Shown piece after piece: positions 40,201 to 55,200 of a stretch of DNA of 64,000 nucleotides; position 1 is the first letter of the stretch, and each line of letters begins with the position of its first letter. The stretch spans positions 17,732,995-17,796,994 of the forward strand of contig OZ037765.1 in NCBI GenBank assembly GCA_964035545.1, written 5' to 3'. Both the position numbers and the translations under genes were made by a program. Under the pieces are notes generated by a model that worked only from the letters and a program-made list of their open reading frames with translations, ran no database searches and was not told the DNA's origin. This DNA is from Bugula neritina (lineage: Eukaryota; Animalia; Bryozoa).

Positions 40201-43200
40201 TACCTGAACATGGCAATAAGAAGGTTGAACATCAATATTTGTGTGAAGAGAATATAAACTCCGAGCATGATGGGCACTACTCGATTTACTATCGGACATC
40301 GGGGAGCATCCGGGTCACATTCCGGAATATCTACACCAGAGCTGCAACAACAAAGTGCTATATCTCACTTCTACTCTACCAATACAGTATTGTTTTTAAT
40401 ACCACAACAATAGTTTCAATGTAACAAACAATACAGTGGCTAAAATATATAATATATATAAAATAAAATTAGTTCCTCATATCACACCAACATATTCAAA
40501 AGTTCGATGCTGTCACTGTGTTAAATGCAGCTGCATTAGCTTCTCTCACAAATTGGATTAATCAGCAACCAACGAGCTTTTTGAGAAACTGATATCTGTT
40601 GTGTATACATTAGCGCTTTTGTTCCTTTACTTCTTATTCATTACACATTTTGTTTATGTGCTTTTGTTTTGTCTTTTTCTGTGCTTTTGTTTTGTATCTT
40701 ATTGTTTTTCATGGTGCAGCTCTTATGTATACTTTTATCTAATTTATCTTTGATCACAAAATTTTGCCTAACATAGATAAATACCTGTTAGTGTAGCAGA
40801 ACACAAACTCTCCATCTGGAAATGCTGTTTCTGGCAATCCTGCTGGCACAACAAAACTGTTACCATAGCAACTAGGTGTAGAGCCATCCGAGCACACACC
40901 GAGAACTGTAGGTAGACTACCATCAGCACATGTTCTATTAATAGCATTGTCTTCTAGAAAGTCTTTCACCGAAAAACAGAGCTTGTCGTCGGTACAAGAA
41001 TCAGAATTTTGCCCTGCAACATATTGTATGGGATTTGAAAACCTTGTTACTTCATAATTAACAAGTTCACATGTAAGAATATAGTACAAAATGCAAGAAT
41101 AAATGCTTATGGTCATTCAAGCTTGTCATATGTAGGAGTTTGCACAAAATAGTAACACTTATACACCATCAAAAAGATCTGAACAAGTTTCCTCAATAAA
41201 AGTGCATTTTCCAGACAATTTCAATGTCTCTGCTTCTACAATCAACCTTCTATAACGTGAAAACCCACCTTCAAGGTCTTCTAGGAACAGTTCGCCATAC
41301 ATTTGCCAGTAAGGCATCCTTAGTATGTCATACACGAGTACCGCGGAAGGCTGTTCGTTAGGGTACATTATAGCGTGCTGAGCTATACCAAAGGCCGCGG
41401 TGAACACTGCCAGAATCAATCCAAACGACAACAAATCCTTGATCTAGAATCAGTGCACTGTCTGCATGAGTCATCTTGAAACATATTTAGCTTTTCCAAT
41501 TTCATTTAAAATAAATGTAATTTTGGCTAATGAGATATTTTGACACTTTTTACTGTAATTTATACTTTTGTCTAACAGGAATGGGACTCATCAAGTTAGT
41601 TATTCTAAGCTTTGCTAACGAGTACAATTTTTTCAACATACTCTTACGTATAAATCTGCATAATATATACTGTACAAGTAGATCATATATGAAAATAAGC
41701 TACTTTTCAGCTTTGACATAATGTTCATCACAATGCAACATAGCTTATAAAAATTGTGGCTTTCAAAAAGCACAAATAGTTTTAAAGTGTCATTGTTTAA
41801 AATGATAATCCAATAACTAAGAATTATTAATGCTTTATTCAGAAGTGAAGTACTGTAAAGAAATTACCATTCGTCCTATCATAACCAACTTAGGGCCAAG
41901 AGCTCTAATCACTGAGAAAATATGAAGAATCCTAAACCAGAAAGTCATGAGAGCCAGACTGAGTATTACTCTAGAGTATTGGTATCTGTCTTCCACAATC
42001 TCATCGTCAGTTCTCCGGTAATACAACCACGCGTCATGCTTGTCTAGACTTTCTGCTAAAAGTTCCTCTCGCCTGTTGTATGTCAGCTACAATACACTCT
42101 ATAGATGTAGTGTGCTAGCAGCTAACCTTAATTAAAGTCACTTCTATTAACATTAATACCTGTATAATTAACCATAGGAGCTATCTACATTCTAGTTATA
42201 TAACATTACAAGTCAAAACACTCAATAGTTTAGATAAAATATCTAAAAGGCTAAAATAAGAATCTTCACAGAAACCATTTAATAATAAGTTGCAAAAAAA
42301 GCATATTTTTAACATTCTGGTAAAACCTTGCCGAACTTTCACATAAAATTTAAATAAAACGAAAGATGATGCAAGGCATCACCTCAAAGTTGAGATTAAG
42401 AAGTACCAACTATGCTAGAGCAGTAACGGCAGAGGCAAGACTGATAATTACATTAGAAAACATAGTGCTGCATACAAGTGATGCATGAATAGAGTAGAAA
42501 CTCATTACCTGTGTCACTATAGACTCGTGATCAATCATTCGAAGAGTAAATCCGATAACAAAGAGAATCACAGTGGCAATGTCTACGAGGTTCCAGACAT
42601 CACTAAAGTAGTTGACTATCTTCATCTTGAAGCTGTTAGTTTCTGCCACCCAGAACTGTATGAAAGTAAAATTGCTAGCAGTAAGACCAGTGTTAGACAT
42701 GGAGTACATATGTAACTAGAACATGTATATTGAATGTAGAAGACAGATCTTGGCCATTTAAGTCAATTGCTGGATGACACTAGCTGCTACAAAACTTGTG
42801 TTTTTAATGAGAAATATGACAAAAGATGTTATGTTTTTGTGAGAATGTCTACCAAAACCAAAACTCATAAAGACAATTAAGGGGTTCAAGTTATTAAACT
42901 TCGTCGGGTACTGCACTTAAATGTACCACTACTACTACTACTACTACTGCTGCCGCTGCTGCTATACTCCGACTGCTACTACTCCTACTGCTACTACTCC
43001 TACTGCTACTACTACTACTGGTTAGTAGATATTTCTACAGAACAATGGTTTTCATTCAGATATATCAGTAAGGCAGTCTATTTGGCTACCTATCTTATAG
43101 AAATTATCAGCTGAAGAGCTAAAGTGAGTTGTCACCAGACTTCTGTCTGCTATCTCCAGTGTTTATAAAAATTGGCCAACATACGACTAAGCTTAACTAT

Positions 43201-46200
43201 ATATTTGCCTGCATAACTACCACTACGTGTATTGTATACCCAACTACTACTATGTGTATTGTATACCTGACTACTACTACGTGTATTGTATACCTGCCGC
43301 AACTCTTCAATGAACAAAGTAATGACCCAAATAGCTACTATGATCTCCACAGCTGTGTAACTGGCGACATCATTGGGGTGGAAGTCGCACACCATCATGT
43401 AAGTGAAGAGCAGCAGGAAACCCAAGTAAAATACCTGCAAGACAAAAATTGAGGTGTAAACTAACTGAAGTTAAAGAATAATTTTGATATAAAAACCACT
43501 TACAAGCTTTCTGTCACCTAGCACTTTTTATATCATTAGAGAGGTTGATATATCTTACTCTTAAGAGTAATGTCTCACACGCTGCTTTTTGAACTATTCA
43601 ATGTGTAACTGTAAGGATTTAGTGTTATAAATGCCTGCATACAAACATATAAAGTTCACACACCGTGTTGGCCATAAAAGTGACTTTTGGGGCATTAAAG
43701 AATGCCACAATCTTTTCACCACAAGTGAGGATTTCGTCTTCTGTAGGATCATCTTCTAAATCATCGACAGTATCATTGTTGAAACCTCTGTAAAACACAC
43801 ATGCATGTTAGGTTTCCTTATTACTTTATAAAATGCAGCTAGTGGTGTTTAAAGTAATTATCAATTCTGTATCTTAATGTAGTACTCAGTAAAAACATTT
43901 AACAAAGTTTTGATGAAAGTTGCTTAATTTAGTAAACGTTGAAATTATAGTACGCATATTCTGGTGGCACTCCAAGTGCCCAATGAAAAAGTAGCTACTC
44001 TAATGGTTCATGTCTCATGACATGTAGATGTGAGAGTAAACAGTTAATAAGTCTTTTTTATGTTACAGCCAAAAACAGTTTTAATTATTTTGTCTCCATT
44101 ATTAAGTAGAAGTTTCAAGGTTGTTTTTATATAACTGTTTTAATTGTGCACTTTTTGCAGTTGAAGAACAAAATTGTAGCACAGTCAGTATGCTAATGAT
44201 TAAAAAGATTCACTCGACGTGAAAAACTGCAGCTCTGGCTCTACATACATTGTACGTTTGCTTGTAATAAACAAATCATACTACAAGAAAACAATTAGAC
44301 TTTAATGATGACATAATCTAAATAAACAACCTGGTGAATGTACAACTATACTAACCTTTCATCTAATGTTGTCCTGAGAGGGTTGTTCTCCAAAGCTTTC
44401 ATGCGCTTCTACAATGAATACATTTTCAACTATGCATATTATGGTAATAGTTTTGTAAGATGAGTCAGCTCGTCAACAATTTGTAAAAAAAGTGTTCATT
44501 AGACCTTTACTATTCAGGGTAACAGAGAGACTATCCAGGGTACAAAATAATACAACTTCTATTTGGTTCATCAGATTTCCTTTATGAATTTCAGAAAAAT
44601 TAAATTTGTCATACAGTATCAATTATATGCATAAAAGTGGTGACACATCATAAATATCATCAACTAACTCACACACTAACAACCATATGCACCCACCTTT
44701 CTACTTGCCCTTTTCTGACGCATCAGCTTTCTCTCCCGGAGCTCCTCCTCATTCCGAAAATGAATGAGTGCAAATAGTAAAGGAGGGAAAACCAGACTAA
44801 CCAGCAGCTACAACATGAGAAATATGCACGAGTCATGCACAGAGACGAAGTTGTCTTATCATCGAGATTGTATTTTGGTCTTTATACAATGCACATGCTA
44901 CAGTTTCAACACTTGTAGAGAGAGATATTTTGAGAGTTGAAACAGATTTAAAGTCTGATCTTACAAATTCAATAACAAAACTATCAATTTGTTGTACATC
45001 AATTTGGAACTTAACAACTGTAATTATTAACTTCATTTATAAAGCTGAACATGGAATACTTCTACTTATAGTGATTTGTCTGAGTCAAAATAAATGTGGC
45101 AAGTTGAACTCCTATTGGATTCACTATAGATAAAAGTTAGTTTGAGTGAACACAGTATAAGCGAAAAGTTTAGATCGAAACCTCTAATTTAGATTAAGGT
45201 AACAAGTTTCCCCACACGTATTTATTAACTGATACTTTTTAAGATTGTACTTACATAATTTATGTTATATGGCTGGTAATACATAACTGAAGTTTTCTGT
45301 GGTTGCTAACCTTTTGCTAAAGTGCAATGCCTGCTAATTTTGAATAAGTCAATTATCATAGTTTAGTAAATATTTTAGCAACTTTTACATATTTTTCTTA
45401 TATTAAAACTCTAATAAAATTGGGTGCATCATTTTCAATACACAGAAGAAGAAATATAACCGGAATAAAAGTGAAATAAGTGTTTCTTACATGAAAGTAA
45501 AACTGAAATAAAAAAAATTGAATAAAATAGTTTCACACAACCCCCCAGTAGCACTGAGCATTGCAATACATGTTTTCTAGTATTTACCCTCCATTCTCCT
45601 TGAAGCTCATCCATCTTTCCCCACCAGATATTGTTGAGTAAATTCTGACAGGCCTGATGACTCACAAACTCTTTGTTGCCTGCTTCTACAGCAAGTTGCA
45701 GCAAAGTTGTTTCCCCATAGCTGGGAATAACTCGAATCAGCAGAGTCTTTGACTTCAACTCATCAGCAGTAAAGCACTCGCCAAGAACACCAATTGCTAT
45801 TCCTTCAAAATCGCTAAAAGAAAGAATACCACCATTAACCATATAGTTTTTACCTTGAAAGGGTCCAACGATGTGGTAAGTAGGTTTAAATTGAAATTTC
45901 AGCTGTTGAACACAAATTCATCACCGTATTGGGCAACAATAAATGTACTGGCATACAGAGTAAATTTAGGCATAGACTGCTACTGAAAACTTCGCACTGA
46001 CATCAAAAAATAGGGCTGCCGTAGTGATCTGATTTGCTGAGGACTATTTTGGTTCTGTTTTTCAAGTTACAATGCTACATTCTTGTCATTCTATCAATTT
46101 CACATTTCAAAATAAAACAATTTATAATATTGCACAATAAAGCCAGTTTCGTGCACTTTAAGTGACAAGACTTTAAAAACACTATTCTTATTTGTTGAAT

Positions 46201-49200
46201 ATTTTTGTTTACATCTACATAATATTTATCACTTTTTTCAGCATGCAGCCAATCTGAATTTAATAATTTGTTTAAAATTATTTGTGTCGGATCCTAATTA
46301 TGCTAACTGCATAATGAATGAAAGTGAAGGCTTATGGTTTCAACTACTTGCTGCATAATGCAGATTTCAAATGCTAATTCTTAGAGTAGCATCCCTGACA
46401 CACCTGGTGAAAAATTTGAAAATTGCTCTTCACATTGAAGATTCTGGCATTATGTAGCAGTACTGTTTAATATTTCATAAAAGCACTGTTGTATACAATA
46501 TATCGCCAGCAGGGCAGATCATTGAGGTAGAACATTCAGCTACCCATTAGGTTAGTCAATGAATTTCTAATAACTCATTCACGGGCTTTCCATGTACCGA
46601 TCTGAGTACATTTCTCAGACCGATCGTTTTTCCATGAGAGTGTCAGATCGATCTCACGAAGTTGCCTCCTCTTAAGTGAAGGATACTTTAAAAGTATAAT
46701 TTGTTCACCTATTTGAGTGATTAAAGCTACTACTGTTGAAAACAAGATGGTCGTAGTCTAAAATTTAATCCCAGCTATAAACTGTACGCAGCAAAACTTT
46801 CAGTGTATGGTAATTTGGCCAATTTAAAATAATTAATTTTAATTTTTTAGCTTGACAGCTTATATAAAATTAATGGCTGTCTTGCAGATTATTAATAAAC
46901 TTACAGGACTGTTGGGCTTAAAATTACAAAGAAAATAGCTAATGAAACTAAGTTTTAGTAGTCATTTAAATTCAATTTAAATTCTCCTATTTTTTTTACC
47001 TTCTGCTGCATATAATTGAATTTTCTTAATCATTGTACTGAAAGTCAAAGTTTTGGCATCTGAAAAGGTGGCTATCATAATTATTTAATACTTTGCTTAG
47101 TAATTATCAATAAGTTATCATTTTTATTAGCAGACAACATTGTAGCGCGCAGTCTTTTTCTACTTCTCAGATCGATCTGGCGTCTTTCCATGGTCTTATT
47201 GACATGAGATCGATCTGAGTTCGAGCTCCACAGACCGACCAGCTCAGATCGACTGAGATCGATCTGAGATCGGTCCATGGAAAGCCGGTGATTTACTTTT
47301 TGGTACTTAAAAGTTTTGCACTTTAGGAAGATTAATTACACCCCTTTGTATTTTAACTAAACACTGTACCTGGCCATTTGCTGCGTTTCCTCTATGACCT
47401 CAGCATCTATAGTGTACGTCTGATGAGCCATGTTTCTGAGGATGATGGAGGCAAAGAGAGCGGGAGCGATAGCATACTGTGACATATATAACTATTTTTT
47501 AAACACAGAATCAGTCAAACAAGTTTAAAACTTGGTAAAATTTTTGAATAAACACTGCAGCAACTGAAAGACACCGAGAGAAAAGGCAATTACAGGAGGA
47601 CCAACTGCTATTCTGTAAGGTTGGACTCAATGGGTGCCTTTGGATTTAGCCGAAATCAGATGAGCACATTGGTTATAATAGCAAAATTGTAAAGCTAGGT
47701 TTTGCTGGTCAATGACCACACCAATGCATCAATTTCAATTAGGATTGTTATTAAAATTGAGTTATATTTTAACTCGAATAATTTGTCAACGAAATGTATC
47801 AAAGTAAAGAAATTTAAAGGAAGGATCACATGTTTGTGAGCTATTGTTAGATGTTAGTGGACACCTAAATTATAACATACCGGTTACATCATACAGAACA
47901 TGCTTATTATGGCCGCAAGCTGTAAATATTTTCACACTTTCTACTGAGAGATTAGGTCACCTATAGTAAACTCAATTTTTTCATATTGAGATCACTACTA
48001 GTTCTGTTGTATACCTCATGCTCTTTATATGGGGGGGGGGGGGGGGGGTGGCTATGATAGCTGCCTAGTCAGGTCTAGAGACTAGCCACTATACTTGACA
48101 AATCATAAGGTCTGTCCACATTGGGAAGTTTTTGGTCTTTCACAGAAACCTCTCAATCTGAACAGTGTTCATATTTGCATTTCAGTGTTTATATTTGTAT
48201 TTATGTTTGTATTTCTTTAAAACTTAAAGCTACTTATAAAACAAGAAAAACTCAGTGTAACACGAGGCCTGGGTAACTCTCACCTTCTCTTCTCTTAAGA
48301 ATAATAAAGCCAGTTCTGAGCGTCTCATGAGTACTGCCCAGATAAACAACTCTCGAGCTGGCCAATCAAAATCATACACTCTTTCTGAAATATGAAATGC
48401 ATAGTTCATTACGATGAAGCAGTTTCATCTGGGACATTTTTCCGAACATTTATGATGACAACTGGTACATGCTGGAACTACAAGAATAAAAACCTCACTA
48501 TAGAAAACAAATTCCTAAATTGAGATTGCTACATTGATATAATAGTGCAAGGAAACTCAAACCAAAGGCAAAATAAGTTTTACTTATATCAGGATATACG
48601 AAGTTGTCTTCACTTAGATTGAATAAATTATAAGTGTGTGCTATTAAATCGTAGAGGTTAGCTCAATGACTACGAAGTGCATAGTTGGAGCAATAGCTAG
48701 TACTGGGATAGACTATCGCTTGAGTAATAAAGGTAGTATTATATATTTTAGATAAACAGTAAAACTTGAGATGATGGCAGTAATAGATCAGAATATAACT
48801 GAGCCTCAGTATATATGAAATGTTACTTCCTGTTTAAATCATTCGCAATATTAGTTCACTAGCAACCCGGCCATATATTGTTATGAATAAAGGATTATCG
48901 ATTCTATACATAGCTCACTAATAGAACACTGAGTCAATAAATTCCATAGTTTAATTCACTAACTTCAATCAATCAATACATGCCAATATAGGTTTATATT
49001 AACATTGGGTACAGTGTGCAAAGAGCACAGAATCTTGACAGGCAGTATTTATTCTCAGCCATATATTATGATGGGGACCATCATGGAGAGTCTGTATGTT
49101 ATAATTTAAAAAGCATTCAAATTCACTTGATATTCAAGACATTTAATAGTTGATTGATTTCCTAGACAAGTTGTGTGCATTGTACATAAATATGATATGC

Positions 49201-52200
49201 ATTTGTTTGTAGAATAATCAATATAAAGTATGAGAATTTGTAAACATGCATTAATCCATATTATAGCTGGCATATAATCCCCTCACTCTGACCTCAACTT
49301 TAAAAATTAAACTTATAGTTATCTGTAAGCGTATAGAAATAGTCAGACAAATAGAGTCGCCTGTAAGTAAATGTTTGGCTATAAAAGCAGGAGAGATGTT
49401 GAGCACCACAAAACTCTGCAGTTTTTCATTACATAAATGGAAAGGCTATTTGAGAAATCATAGCATAAAAAACATGGCAGAGATGGAAGTGATAATTCTA
49501 TAATAACAGCATATTTGTAGGGGTGTTGGAAGATTTTGAGAGAGTTATAGTAGAGATCAAGAAGTGATAGTCAAGAGGAAGAACTGACCAAATTGATAGG
49601 TTAAATATAGAAGATGATATCATTTGATGAAATATGCAGCCTTGCAGGAGAGTTTTCTCTCTTTCAGAGCAGGCTAATAAAGTGAGTTATTAGCAAGTAA
49701 AGAATACAAGTAAACATACTTGGTTTACGGGAAGATGTATGTGGTGCCACTTGAGTTTTGTTTTTAGATGTAGAGACGAACTTGGAGTTGATGGCTGAGC
49801 CGACATCATTGGTTGATATAACAGCCGTGTCTGTGGGAACCTCTTCCGTCTCACTGTCACTGCTTTCTTCTCGTCTCATGAACGTCATCTGAGAGGAATA
49901 TATACACTCAAATATTACAAGAATTAACATATTTCACAGCTTTGCAAATTGAGTGACTTGAGATATTGTTATACTTGACTTGAATATACTTTGTGTTGGG
50001 TCATGACTTGATTTGGTTAGGTATAATTAAACAGAAGTTCTGCAGTAAAACTGATTAAAAATAGAAATATAAACTCAAACTGTAGTCTATCTATTATTAT
50101 CCAAACAATAATGTATTGATTTTTTAAGTAATTGCTAAAATAATGTCATTATAGTGGATTATTATTATTATGGGTTTAGTGCAGCGTTCATGTTAATAAA
50201 TTTTATCGAAATAAATGTCATTGTGGGCTCATCCCACATACGTCACATTGCTAACTCCCAGTGGGTAGATATACGTTACTGTGGACATATTGCTTTCAAC
50301 TAGGTAGATGCATATAACTACCAACAGTTACAATGTAGTAACTATAAGAAACCCATCACCAAATCTGAAATTAAAAGTTTAGGTGTTATTCCATAGTGAA
50401 CTGGGTTTGTTTAGCATAATAATAATAATCATACAGCATCCAAACTTTAGTCACATGTGATGAACAACTTACACCTCGTTTCAATCTCCGGCCCCCTCTA
50501 GTAGTTTTAGGACGTCTTGCCAGTATAGTATCTGAGTCTAAGGTGTTGTACCGAGCATCCCTCATATACAGCGGGTTGAAAAAATCACCAACAAGATTCT
50601 GAATTGCCTCCCCAACAGTAGCCAATGACACGGTTGCTTTATCCTAGAACATGTGTTAAAAGTTGCCTAGCTAAATCAACAGTATAAACCAAACTTTACT
50701 TGAGAATTACTGCCAAAATAAAAATATGCATCAATTTTGTCACATGACAGTTTAATTAGCAGCCTTCAAGATTAAAACTCATTGCTATTTCTATTAATGT
50801 ATATATTTTAAACATACCTTGTCTTTCTGAGCCAACAGAATTCTGTACAGCAAATGATTAGATGGAACTTCATTGTACAGTTCAAGTAGCCTCTTTTTCG
50901 TTACAAAGTTTCCGAGGTGAATGTAGTCCATCAGCAGCTCAACAAAGTCTACCTTGTTTTGCATCAAAGCAGTCAACAATATGTCTTCCAGCTCCTTGCC
51001 CTAAAATACATAATAATTTCAAAGAGCGACAGAACCCTACCACACTGTACTCTCCAATACAAAAAAAGCTCAGTCCTATCAGACACAATGTGTCGACTAC
51101 TCAAGTTGTGTTTTAAAAGTATTTATTGCCGGACAAAATAAAGCATGAAAATATTGCCTCTAATGCAGATTAATGGCAACTTTGGTAACATTTTTTAAAC
51201 AAAAGGTCAAAAAATAAGGCTTGACAATATCAAATATGAGGCTTACATCCCAAGATTTATCTTCTGTAAATATTTCTTCCCTAACAACATCAATTCTGTT
51301 CCATGCAAGAGCCAACTTTAGCTGGTTCATAGCGTCATTCTTGTTAGCTGTAACACAAGTCTGGTGTATAGACATTATAGCTAGTGTATGATGTACAGAC
51401 ATCATAGCTAGTGTGATGTAACACTGCAGTATATATCATGAGAAACTCACCAGCTGTTATTATGGTCTCAGAAATTGGTCAAATTACTAATGAAACTAAT
51501 TTAACACAACTTCTTAAAAGGGCTTTTTTCAGATATTTCCACTACTACATGACACCCATAACGTTCAAAACTTTTCATTAACCTTGCAGCATTTTATAAA
51601 ATTGAGTTGAAGCCAATTCAAGTCAAGAAATCGTTTTAAATACAAAACATGGCCCTTGCTCTGACATTTTATCCTATTCCAGCACCTCGGTATTTCTTTA
51701 GAGCAACTCTGTATATAATCTTTAGTACACATACATGGATTTACACTGAGCAGAGGCATACAAAATAAAAATATGAAGTTTTGATTTTTTACTGTCAAAC
51801 AGAGGAACTAACTTTATATTCTAACAACCATAGAATGGGCAATTGATGACAGACAATCAAGGGAAAGAAATTTTTTAATTGTGTCCACAGACACTTTGAG
51901 GGTGACACAATAAGTTCAAAATAAAAATAGACTATCAAAGTGGTAAAAAACTATTTATGTTTCATGCAGAAAAAACAAAGTTCACAATTTTTATATTCCA
52001 TTCACCTTTCATGATGGCGTGCAATATGGCTATGTCTATATCTTTCATAGTGTTTTTGGCGTCCAGAGAGAAGATAACTATGAGATGTCGCCTCATTACG
52101 CAATGAATGATGGTCTGAGTCAGCTCATCAGCCTGCATGAGTCATTGAACAGCAAGCATGTACTTAAAAAAGTCATGAAGTGAGAGAAAAGTATAAATTT

Positions 52201-55200
52201 ATTATCAAAATGTGGCACATATTTCTTAAGAAGCTAGTTTATCGCATTTCTGAAGCAAATATTAAGTAAAGAATCAAACAGGCAGTGCTCCCTCCGTATC
52301 TCATGGTTCCATTTTTCATGAAATTCTATAGGTCACGAGCAGAGCTTAAACCCCGTTTTGCGGCTTATGTATGTGTGTATAGAAACAAAAGGGTCAACTG
52401 TAATAGATCCGCGAGCTAAATTTGGTATTCTACTATGTCACGATGTTTCTGACCCTCAGCTCAATGAGGTACTGAAGGAGCACTGTACTAGGAAAAAATA
52501 TCTGACATTTAGTGACTAATTGAATTTCATCTATTAATTGCTGCAAAACCCATGGGGTTAAACTGCTTGAGAAGATGCATTTCTATTGAGGAAAGTAGTG
52601 TTGCGTTGTTGGTAAATTCTGTTGAGGCCAATAAAAAATCCATTTAATTTAATAGAAGTTTCAACAAAACAATTCAAACTCAGCTGCTATAATGCTGTGT
52701 AATGCAGCAGTAATTAAATTAACAAACTCTATTGATTAGAGAAAGGTGATTGCTTGAGTGGAGGATTGTGGTTGCTTGCGTCAGTTTCACCCAATGTGTT
52801 TGTGCCTTTGTTGCGTGAAGGCTATTTTTAGCCTTAAAACATCAGGCTAAAGCACACATTCACTCTATACAATATTATAAAGTAAATAGTAGCTCAGCCA
52901 ATAGAGCTATGAAATAAGAGTTGAGAACTGTCACCCAAATATACACAATTTCTTCAATGTTTATAAAAATAAAAGTAGGCTCCATGTAATGTAATACAGA
53001 TGACATTTTAATCTACATTGTAGATTCATGTTTTCAATAAAAATAAGTTTACCCTATTTTTTAAATATATTTGGCCATGATTAGAGATGCATGGTACCAA
53101 AACTACTATCTGAGATATTATAGTTCAACCTTGTAGTAATTATACTTAAGATAATTTAAAGACTTTATTTCAATGAAATATAGGATAGTTACTACTACTA
53201 GCAGAGGGAATTTAAAATAAAACTTCCTAGTAATTCACTCCACCACTTCATATTACGTTGACTGCAAAAGATAAAGAAATGAAATTGCGACAGACTTACA
53301 TCCTTATTTGGCCATTCAGCTTCAACTTTTGCTTTAAGTTTCTTTTTGATATCATCTGGTATTCGTGGTATTTTTTCAATCATTGATTTACCTTTAGAAT
53401 CAACGGAGGCTATTTCCTCTTCTTCGGTGTTTTTGTATGCGTAGGCCAACATGTCAGCAGCCCGGCCTGAACCCTGTACAAGCAACAATTACCGTTATGA
53501 TACATGATCCTGTCACTCAACACATTTTCTAACAAAAGTAAATTGATATCCAAAAAATTTAATTAAAATTCAGGTGTTTTTGACTACCAAAAACCTTACA
53601 GCATTGTTGTGGTTAAAATATCGATTAGAATGTATTGGTGGAATAAAATTTGCTCTACGAGCTATTATAATAATTGGTTGGTTAAAAATATTCCGAAAAG
53701 AACTTGGTTTTAATTCACACATTATATACACATATACAACTAAGATACCACTGCATGGAAAAGATATCTTTGTTTTTCTGTGTTCTAATTAAAATAATGA
53801 AAAAATAATCACAACATTAAAATTGCAGTAAACATTAGTTTGCATCAATGTGGTTATTTGATGCAAATGAATAGGCATACAGAATCAATAATGAAGTACC
53901 ATTGCTCCCTGAAAAGCAGAAGAGAAATTCTGTAACGAAAACTCACATCAAGCACTACAACAGGCGTGGCGTTATCTATGGCAGCCCTGACAGTGGTGAG
54001 GGTACCAGGACCCCCCTCAACCACAATAGAAACCACAGGGACATGAGTAGCACTGGCAGCATCAGCATCTGTCAACATCTGAGAAATACGCTTTTCCAGG
54101 AGCCCTCTAAAGTTGATCTCCGTACCAAACTGGCGAAAAGTTCCGTTATCTACTAGCATGAAATGAGTGTGGTTAGGGTCAAGGTTAGCATTCTTAGATC
54201 CTTTGGACACTTCATCTCTCAGCTGATAGTAGGCTGGCCACACTCCCTGCAATGAAAAATCAATTTTGGTAACACTGGAAAGTCTAAACAATTAACCAAC
54301 TACCATTCACATCTTTTAGCCTAAGGCAGTTGCTGTGTAAGTATAAATAGTTTGAACTGTTCATTACGGAAATGAGAATTGAAGTAAAAAGTTAAACTAG
54401 GGTAAGTTGATTATTTTATTATGTAAATCCTTAGACAATGTAACCACTCTAGTATAAGAAATGATACGATAGGCATTAACCGTATCACACCACAGTTGCC
54501 TTAATCATGTAATTTAACTTAATAATATTGTGCAAACAAAAAGTAAACTTCATATAAAACTAAGTTTTGATTTATGAAGCAATAATGTCCTTTGTGAATT
54601 ATTTCATATGTCTTTCTGAGGTAACGGGTGTGATTTTTCTCGCTTATTTTTTCTGGGGACATGTTGTATAGAAATACAACCATTTAAAATACTGTGGGCT
54701 AAGTTATAATAGATAGTGTATAAACTAATAATGAAGTTTTTAATATTATACCTGGGCACTGGAGAGTTCACGCTTGTTTGCCACAGTACCCCAAGGTGCT
54801 ATTCCAAACGCTACAACTTTGCTGCTGGATTGTAGCATGTTCACAGCTTCACCCACGTATTTCATTACACCGTCATGATTTCCTCCTGACAGAATCCATG
54901 CACCTGAAAGGTAAGTCGTTGACTTGAATTAAATGACTCATACAGAATGCAAGCAATACAGGGCCAAAGACTAATGTACACAAAATCCATGCAACAAAAT
55001 GTAAGTTCTATTTCAACTTACTGCAGCAGTCGCTCAACATCATGTCACACACTGTTCTTTGTTATATAAAATCTTAAAAAAACAATTAAACCATATAAAC
55101 ACACTTTCATTTGGAAACTCCGTGTTTGAAAAGATTTAGCCTAGGGCCACACGGTGCGTATTTTCGCATGCGAAAATTGAAATCACAAGTAGCAAAGGTG

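Noticed and set aside
43216-43296. Direct repeats considered as a CRISPR-like array
   Set aside because: Head-to-tail tandem units with no spacers, in a eukaryotic intron
48650-48730. tRNA A-box-like tagctcaatg (similar tagtctagtgg at ~16554)
   Set aside because: No B-box or cloverleaf; at most decayed SINE heads
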